The notes below the pieces were generated by a model. The model saw nothing but the letters and a program-made list of their open reading frames with translations. It ran no database searches and was not told the DNA's origin. This document shows, piece after piece, positions 7,551-13,224 of a DNA stretch of 64,000 nt; positions within the stretch are counted from its first letter, which is position 1, and each line of letters opens with the position of its first letter. The position numbers and the translations under genes were made by a program. Origin of the DNA: Pirellulales bacterium (GTDB lineage: Bacteria > Planctomycetota > Planctomycetia > Pirellulales > PALSA-1355); contig DATJEN010000195.1 of assembly GCA_035496575.1 (NCBI GenBank), positions 511-64,510 on the forward strand. The letters are read 5' to 3'.

Positions 7551-7927
7551 GATCCTTTTATCTCCGACTAGGAAGAGCTGTCGAAAAACCTCAACGTCGC
7601 AATTAGCGAACGTGGAGAACTATCGCAACGCTAGGTTAGAGGTGACCTTAGTCAAAAGGATGCTGCGGTCTGGGGCGCATGGCGCGGTTAGTCCCAGAAA
7701 CGTGGCTGGCGGCAGTCTGAAATATCGGATGCATTGAATTCAGACTCCCGCAGGTATCGATTGGGAGGATTACGAGGTCGCTGATCATCAAGACCGAGAC
7801 TGGCGGGTGTCACTGACACCTGCAAGCGTCAGGACGCGACGCTAGAAGTTGAACCTACGGAAGCCCACCATCGAAAGGTGCGCGGGCTTTTTTTGCGCGC
7901 GTGACTGCGGGTGCAATGGGGCAGACC

Positions 7928-8125
7928 TTAGACACCGCCCTCAAGTCGTGCCGTCTTAGCTCGGCGCACCGCGCGGTCGCGCTCGCGACGAATCGTGTCG
8001 CTCGGCTTGACGTAGAATTCGCGGCGCCGCATTTCTCTCTTGATGCCGCTGCGTTCAACCAACTTGCGGAATCGCCGAACGGCTTCTGAAATCGGTTCGC
8101 GGTCCCTCAGCTTCATATAGACCAT
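7928..8125 (-). CDS. rpsU: 30S ribosomal protein S21
   Basis: Track ORF 7928..8230 trimmed to the ATG at 8125, with GGGAG 5 nt upstream. [57 protein letters not shown] aligns with the canonical S21 pattern (V.V..nE....AlRRFkr..ek.G...e.rrre.yeKPs..r). Confidence 0.9.
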   Translation of the reverse strand: MVYMKLRDREPISEAVRRFRKLVERSGIKREMRRREFYVKPSDTIRRERDRAVRRAKTARLEGGV

Positions 8126-8257
8126 AGTCGCTCCCATGTTAGACGCCGGTTCCAAAAATTCTCCAGCCGTAGCAACCGCGCAGCAATAAACCAGCAACGT
8201 GCTTGGCTGACAGAAAAAGGCTTGCCGCAACTCTCGTCACGACAAGCCTTTATTTAG

Positions 8258-8330
8258 TGCTCCCTGATGGACTTGAACCATCAACCCTCTGATTAAGAGT
8301 CAGATGCTCTGCCAATTGAGCTAAGGGAGC
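8258..8330 (-). tRNA. tRNA-Lys(CTT), 73 nt
   Basis: Reverse complement folds as GCTCCCT TA GCTC AATTGGCA GAGC A TCTGA CTCTTAA TCAGA GGGTT GATGG TTCAAGT CCATC AGGGAGC A. All stems are Watson-Crick, the anticodon is CUU and CCA is not encoded. Confidence 0.95.
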
Positions 8331-8740
8331 GGGCGAAGCACTGCTGGCCGCCGGTTCCATGGTACTGAGATCGCGCCCAACGGCCAAGGGGTGAGCCCGG
8401 TTTCGTAATGCTTTACCGCCTGAGGCGGTATTTGAGGCAACTACGCTAGTGAAGTCCACTGGCCGGCCATCTGGATGGTCCGGATGGTCTCAATGAAAAG
8501 CATCGCTAGGATAGCGCGGCATACTCGAGCGCGGCGAGCTCGATCGGGTCGTGATGAAGGCGCGAGACAAGCGGCGTTTGAGGCGGTCTGCAAAAGAACG
8601 AAAGTGGATCACTTCCAAAATTGAAATGTCGTCGGCCGGTGATAGGTTACTGCATGTTCAACGACGCGCTCGTTGAGCGCGATCACCACGAGTGATCGGG
8701 GTATCCCAAGAGCTCGGCGCGGACAACGGGTATCTATAAG

Positions 8741-8783
8741 AGCCCGTAACGGTGCGAGCACGCGCCGGCTACGGGCTTTTTTT
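8741..8783 (+). terminator. rho-independent terminator / attenuator-like hairpin immediately upstream of the toxin-like gene
   Basis: AGCCCGTA (8741..8748) pairs with TACGGGCT (8770..8777). An inner stem pairs CGGTGCG (8750..8756) with CGCGCCG (8761..8767) around the tetraloop AGCA. A run of 7 T follows (8777..8783). The SD GGAGGA and the ATG at 8801 come 10-18 nt later. Confidence 0.6.
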
Positions 8784-8800
8784 ATGACCGGAGGAAGCCC

Positions 8801-9036
8801 ATGTATCCGAATTCGCGCAAGGAAATCCAGGTCGGCCCGGCCGAAAACTCATCCCATCCCGAAGCTTGGCTGTTCGCGCAAGAGATCCTGGGAAGACCAA
8901 TTCCGAGGCCACCCAGTGCGGCCGCAGCGCGGCGCGACCGTGAACAACTGGAATGGCTTGCGAGTATTTCCGACAGACATGCCGCGGAATGTCGCGCATA
9001 TGAAGGGCTGAAGCCGAGGCACGTCATCAGCGCGCG
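8801..9036 (+). pseudogene. frameshifted 5' segment of the toxin-like gene (or a remnant duplicate of its N-terminus)
   Basis: ATG at 8801 has the best SD of the locus (GGAGGAAGCCC-ATG). It encodes ...RDREQLEWLASISDRHAAECRAYE in frame 2, homologous to MLEWLATISDRHADELRRLQAAE that opens the 9037 ORF in frame 1. The nucleotide alignment shows the first repeat unit is 92 nt where 93 nt would be in frame: 11 nt (TATGAAGGGCT) in place of the 12 nt seen in unit 2. Confidence 0.55.
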
Positions 9037-9120
9037 ATGCTGGAATGGCTTGCCACAATCTCCGATCGCCACGCCGATGAGTTGCGGCGGCTCCAGGCGG
9101 CGGAAGCCGAAGCCCGCGAC
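8948..9120 (+). repeat. tandem duplication of a ~93-nt (31-aa) unit, LEWLA(S/T)ISDRHA...AEAEAR
   Basis: Unit 1 starts at 8948 and unit 2 at 9040, a period of 92 nt. The first 14 nt are identical (CTGGAATGGCTTGC) and the remainder is roughly 60-70% identical. GAAGCCGAGGCACGTCAT in unit 1 corresponds to GAAGCCGAAGCCCGCGAC in unit 2. Confidence 0.75.
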
Positions 9121-10629
9121 GGCAACTCGCTCGGACAGTGCCACGGCAATGGTTCACTTGTGAACGAGGCGTGGGTGCCGAGTCAGCACCCGCGCTTGGG
9201 TGGCCAGCCGAATGCAGGATATTTTGCGTCGACCGGAGGATCAGCCGGAAGTATGGTTCCGGCGAGCACGGCGCTCGCTGGCGTCGAAGCCGATCCCGAT
9301 GACGACAGGGGCGAGCTGACTGTCACGCCCAGCATGATTCGAGCAAGTGGATGGCTCGGTACCGTTCGCGAGAAGATGCGACTGGCGCGCGATGTTGCAG
9401 GTGCATTTGCCGCCGGATTGGGAACCGGGGCCAAGGCGGTCGTCAACGGGCTTGCTACTGGGACACGTAGCGTGGCGACGCTCGGATTGAACACGGATCA
9501 ACTCGAATTGATCGGGGTCACCAAGGAGGATCGAGAGCGCGGGTACGATACGGCGGTGACCATTAGCACGGGAAGCGGCCAGCTACTGATCGCGGTTGGA
9601 ACCGGCGGCATGACATCCGCTCTTGCCAAAGGCGGCACGATTGCCCGCGCGGCGAGCGGTGCGCTGATTGCCTATGACGCCGCCGGCAATGCCGTGGGAG
9701 TGGTGCAAGGAGTGTTAGACGCCGAAGAAAAAGGCCTGACGCTGGCCAACGGGACGAAAGTGGCGGCCAGCGCGCTTGGGATTTCCGCCAATATCAGTGC
9801 GGCGAAGGGCCTTCTCAAACCTCGTTCAGTCGCCCCGCCGGCGGAAGCGCCCCCTCGCACAACGCCTCCGCCCGCTAAGCCATTGGACTCGGAGTTTCGA
9901 GTGGGGAAACATGGCGACATGCCGTCGCCGCGTCCAGGGCAGCACTCACATCACGGTGTCATGTCGGAATGGGTCAGAAATCATTACCCGGGTTACGATC
10001 CGGATAAGGCCCCAGCCATATTGATGCCAAAGGAAAGCCATATAGAAACATACAGGGTATACAACAGTTGGAGGGCCCAAACGAAAAAAGAGTTCAGCGG
10101 CGCTTTCGATTGGGCTAAGATCGATGAAGACAGCATACGAGACGTGTCTGAGAAGATGTTCGATGCTGCAAAGGTGCCTGCAAGCGTGCGTGAACGGTAC
10201 TGGACAGAATTTGAACGTATGAAAGCTGCCCTTGAGCGACAGCGTCGATCACAGTCATTGGAACGAGGACTTGCGAGAGAATCGCTTATGAACGCAAATG
10301 CCGACATTCTGACGGACGAACAAATGAGAAGCCGATATGGACGCTTTTACGAAATAAGTCCCCGGCTTCAGTTAGATCGACGCCACGTTCCGATGCAATT
10401 CTGGCCCTTGTTGCCTTACGCTGAGTTCTGGGGATTTGCCGATGACTGGACAAGGCAAGACCTGGTGAGGCGCGCGCCACCCGACGTGCAACGCAACTTG
10501 AAGGAAGTACTCTCGATGTTCGATGACGCATTTGACGAATGGTTGGCCGGCCCGGAAGTTGCCGCCCCTAAACTCTCGGACGAATACGTCGCATTTACAG
10601 CGCTTCGCATGGCAGCCGATTTCGCTTGA
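9037..10629 (+). CDS. polymorphic-toxin-like multidomain protein: Gly/Ala-rich (pre-toxin TG-like) region, Pro-rich linker, xHH (SHH) HNH/EndoVII-like C-terminal module, immunity-like tail
   Basis: 530-aa ORF.
- aa 110-260: Gly/Ala/Thr-rich amphipathic segments (AGAFAAGLGTGAKAVVNGLATGT, LLIAVGTGGMTSALAKGG).
- aa 262-283: Pro-rich linker PRSVAPPAEAPPRTTPPPAKPL.
- aa 285-400: GQHSHHGVMSEW...APAILMPKESHIETYRVYNSW, resembling the xHH ... LP...H...Y pattern of the AHH/LHH/SHH/GHH HNH-EndoVII toxin families.
- aa 418-530: a separate acidic/aromatic domain.
Domain calls come from motif recollection, not from a search. Confidence 0.55.
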   Translation: MLEWLATISDRHADELRRLQAAEAEARDGNSLGQCHGNGSLVNEAWVPSQHPRLGGQPNAGYFASTGGSAGSMVPASTALAGVEADPDDDRGELTVTPSMIRASGWLGTVREKMRLARDVAGAFAAGLGTGAKAVVNGLATGTRSVATLGLNTDQLELIGVTKEDRERGYDTAVTISTGSGQLLIAVGTGGMTSALAKGGTIARAASGALIAYDAAGNAVGVVQGVLDAEEKGLTLANGTKVAASALGISANISAAKGLLKPRSVAPPAEAPPRTTPPPAKPLDSEFRVGKHGDMPSPRPGQHSHHGVMSEWVRNHYPGYDPDKAPAILMPKESHIETYRVYNSWRAQTKKEFSGAFDWAKIDEDSIRDVSEKMFDAAKVPASVRERYWTEFERMKAALERQRRSQSLERGLARESLMNANADILTDEQMRSRYGRFYEISPRLQLDRRHVPMQFWPLLPYAEFWGFADDWTRQDLVRRAPPDVQRNLKEVLSMFDDAFDEWLAGPEVAAPKLSDEYVAFTALRMAADFA

Positions 10630-10814
10630 GCACGCTGACAATCGATTGTGCTACCCCTGGTTGTCGCGCTAATTCAAGCTGCCAGGAGATTGAAGGACAG
10701 ACTAGGAAAATTCCGGGTGCGATTGCGCGTCCCGGGCAATGTGGCAAAGTCACCGAGGCAGTGAACTCCTGTTCAGACGTTCATGCGACAATCCCTGCGC
10801 GCATCGAATCAAAT

Positions 10815-11690
10815 ATGTGCGATCATTCCTTGGCTGTTGGCATTCGACTCTTTACGATCGCTTGCTTTTTGAGCTTGAACTCGGCCATCTGCGAGGCGCA
10901 GACCACTTCGGCAATCTACGTGATGCGGCTCGACGGAAGTCAAGTTCGCAAGGTCGCTGAAGGACCCGGCTTCAAAAGCGTCGGCCACCCGCGCTGGTCG
11001 CACGACGGTACGCGACTGGTCTTTCAAGGCTGGGGCGGCCCAACTCCCGTTCGCCAAATCTTTGTAGTCGCTGCCGAGGGTCCAGTCGGCTTAGTGCCAG
11101 ACAAGGGACCCGAGGGCCAGGTGCCCGATTGGTCACCCGACGACAAGCAACTCGCTTTTCAAAAGCCAGCGGAGGCGGGCAACCGAACGAGCGCTTGGGT
11201 TGCAAACCTTGATGGCGCGGGGGGAATTTTGGTGGGGTCCGGCGCCGCCCCGCGCTGGTCGCGCGATGGCGCAAGCCTGGCGTTTGTCGATTCGAACGAT
11301 CTGGTCGTCCGCGATCTGGTGAGCGAGCAGCAGAGCAGCCTCACGCAAGAGCCGTGGGAAGCCATTCGCCCTGGCTTCGACTGGTCGCCAAATGGAAAGC
11401 GCATAGCCTGCGTCGGCCAGCGCGCGGGCGTGGTGGGGCTGTGGATCATCGACGCCCAGAGTCGGGCGGCGCGGCTGCGACTCCAGGCGGACGTGATGGG
11501 CCAGGTGGCATGGTCGCCCGATGGCAAGCAGTTGGCGGTCACGCTGAAGAATAAGATTCAGTTGCTCAACGTCGACGACGCGACCAAGCCGCGTCCCATT
11601 CCCGCTCAGATCGGCGCAAGTCGCGATCCAGCGTGGTCACCCGATGGGAAGTGGATCGCCTTCTCGAGCAATCGCGTTGCCAGTCCATAG
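10815..11690 (+). CDS. TolB-like periplasmic beta-propeller protein (PD40/WD40-like repeats)
   Basis: Track ORF 10626..11690 trimmed to the ATG at 10815, giving the signal peptide MCDHSLAVGIRLFTIACFLSLNSAICEAQ. Repeated PD40-type motifs are present: PRWSHDGTRLVF, PDWSPDDKQLAF, PRWSRDGASLAF, FDWSPNGKRIA, VAWSPDGKQLAV, PAWSPDGKWIAFSS. Confidence 0.8.
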   Translation: MCDHSLAVGIRLFTIACFLSLNSAICEAQTTSAIYVMRLDGSQVRKVAEGPGFKSVGHPRWSHDGTRLVFQGWGGPTPVRQIFVVAAEGPVGLVPDKGPEGQVPDWSPDDKQLAFQKPAEAGNRTSAWVANLDGAGGILVGSGAAPRWSRDGASLAFVDSNDLVVRDLVSEQQSSLTQEPWEAIRPGFDWSPNGKRIACVGQRAGVVGLWIIDAQSRAARLRLQADVMGQVAWSPDGKQLAVTLKNKIQLLNVDDATKPRPIPAQIGASRDPAWSPDGKWIAFSSNRVASP

Positions 11691-11708
11691 GAAGCGAGTT
11701 TGCCGCGT

Positions 11709-12461
11709 CTAGGCGCCACCCAGCGACAATCCGCCGTCGACGCGAATCACCTGGCCCGTCAAATAGCTGGCGTCGTCGCTGGCCAGGAATGCCACCACGC
11801 TCGCGATCTCGCGCGGTTGGCCGACGCGGCGCAGCGGAATGGCTTCCTTGATGCGGTCGCCCGCCAGGTTGCGAACCGCTTCGCTCATGTCCGTTTCGAT
11901 CATGCCTGGCGAGACACTGTTCACGCGCACCTTGCGCGCGGCGAGCTCTTTGGCCAGGCAGCGCGTCAGGCCATCGATGCCCCCTTTGCTGGCCGCGTAG
12001 TTGACCTGCCCGCGCGAGCCGAATTCAGCCGACACACTCGAGATGTTGATGATGCTGCCCTGTCGATTCGAGATCATGGACTGAGCGACGGCGCGGCAGT
12101 AATTGTAGATGCCGGTCAGATTCGTATCGATCACGTCGCGCCACTGCGACTCGCTCATCGTGGCGAACAGCCCATCGCGAATGATGCCCGCGGAGTTGAC
12201 CAGGATGTCGATCCGCTGCCATTCGGTTAGCAACTCGGCGACAATTTGTTCGGCACGCGCGCCGTCGGTCACGTTGGCGTGCAGCGGGCGAGCTTGCTGG
12301 CCTTTGGATTCGAGCTCGGACGCCAGCGCGCGGGCGCGGTCTTCGTTCTGATTGAACAGAAATGCGACGCGCGCCCCTTCGGCAGCGAGCCGCTCGACGC
12401 AAGCCCGCCCGATACCGCGGCTGCCGCCGGTGACGAGCGCCGTCTTTCCTTCAAGCCGCAT
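11709..12461 (-). CDS. fabG: 3-oxoacyl-ACP reductase (FabG-like SDR)
   Basis: Trimmed to the ATG at 12461 ([20 protein letters not shown], the TGxxxGIG motif). It also carries NSAG, the catalytic YAASKGG (YxxxK) and a PG.IETDM tail. Its start lies 5 nt after the stop of the upstream hot-dog dehydratase gene. Confidence 0.85.
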   Translation of the reverse strand: MRLEGKTALVTGGSRGIGRACVERLAAEGARVAFLFNQNEDRARALASELESKGQQARPLHANVTDGARAEQIVAELLTEWQRIDILVNSAGIIRDGLFATMSESQWRDVIDTNLTGIYNYCRAVAQSMISNRQGSIINISSVSAEFGSRGQVNYAASKGGIDGLTRCLAKELAARKVRVNSVSPGMIETDMSEAVRNLAGDRIKEAIPLRRVGQPREIASVVAFLASDDASYLTGQVIRVDGGLSLGGA

Positions 12462-12465
12462 GGCG

Positions 12466-12999
12466 TTATACCTTGCCTTCCGAGGGCTGGGAGCTGGCAC
12501 CCGTGTCTGACTTGTGGTCGGGCTCGCTAGCCGAGCGGTAAACCAGGGCCAGGCGATCGCGAAGATGCTGTCGCAAGTAAGCATCGGTCGCGGCGAGCTC
12601 GGGCTGGGTGTCGGCGAGATTGTAGCGCTCGAGAATCAGGCGGCCGCCGACCGCGGTGTGTCCATCCAGGGAGCCCTGTGTCTTGAGCTGCACTTCGCGC
12701 TCTCCCATCGACAGAATCTCGGCCGTAACCGTGAGCACGTTTCCAGGCTGGACGAAGTCGGCAAAGCGCACGTTGCGCGCTTCTTTCAGCGTGATCATGC
12801 TGTGCGCGAACTCTTCACTGGCTCCCACCAGTAGCGCGCCGGCTTCGGTCATAGCCTGCAACATGAGCACGCCCGGCAGCACCGGAAAGCGCGGGAAGTG
12901 ATCGGCCAGATACTCTTCGGCCAACGAAAGCGCCTTGATCGTCTTGATGCTGACCCCCGGCCGCAGCTCCAAGACGCGATCGACAAACGAGAACTGCAT
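12466..12999 (-). CDS. FabZ/FabA-like hot-dog fold 3-hydroxyacyl-ACP dehydratase
   Basis: [22 protein letters not shown] matches the FabZ active-site region (HFP..PvlPGvl..EA.aQ). It has an about 30-aa low-complexity C-terminal tail and forms an operon with the fabG-like gene. Confidence 0.7.
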   Translation of the reverse strand: MQFSFVDRVLELRPGVSIKTIKALSLAEEYLADHFPRFPVLPGVLMLQAMTEAGALLVGASEEFAHSMITLKEARNVRFADFVQPGNVLTVTAEILSMGEREVQLKTQGSLDGHTAVGGRLILERYNLADTQPELAATDAYLRQHLRDRLALVYRSASEPDHKSDTGASSQPSEGKV

Positions 13000-13063
13000 G
13001 AGGGGCTAAAGACGGAAGAACGGTGCCGATTTTGAAACGGTTCAATATATAGGGCGGAGCGTA

Positions 13064-13087
13064 GACTCACAACGCCTCGTGTGAGTC
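13064..13087. promoter_or_regulatory. 8-bp perfect inverted repeat in the divergent fabZ-like / ptsI promoter region
   Basis: GACTCACA acgcctcg TGTGAGTC. It lies 65 nt upstream of the dehydratase start (12999, minus) and 138 nt upstream of the ptsI ATG (13225). Confidence 0.3.
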
Positions 13088-13224
13088 GGTACCTCCGCGG
13101 ATGCTCGTGTCGATGCGATGCTCGTCGGCCGGCGATGTGTCTCGTTCGCAACGTAGGCCGATCGTGCTCGTCGCCGCGCTCCGCCTCATTTGTCACTCGT
13201 CCAAGCCAGTGCTACGATTTGGAC

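Noticed and set aside
8504-8635. 43-codon basic ORF (MKSIARIARHTRARRARSG...) in the toxin leader, plus a 16-codon ORF near 8627
   Set aside because: There is no SD, the sequence is Arg-rich and low-complexity, and conservation cannot be assessed. These are more likely chance ORFs inside a structured leader.
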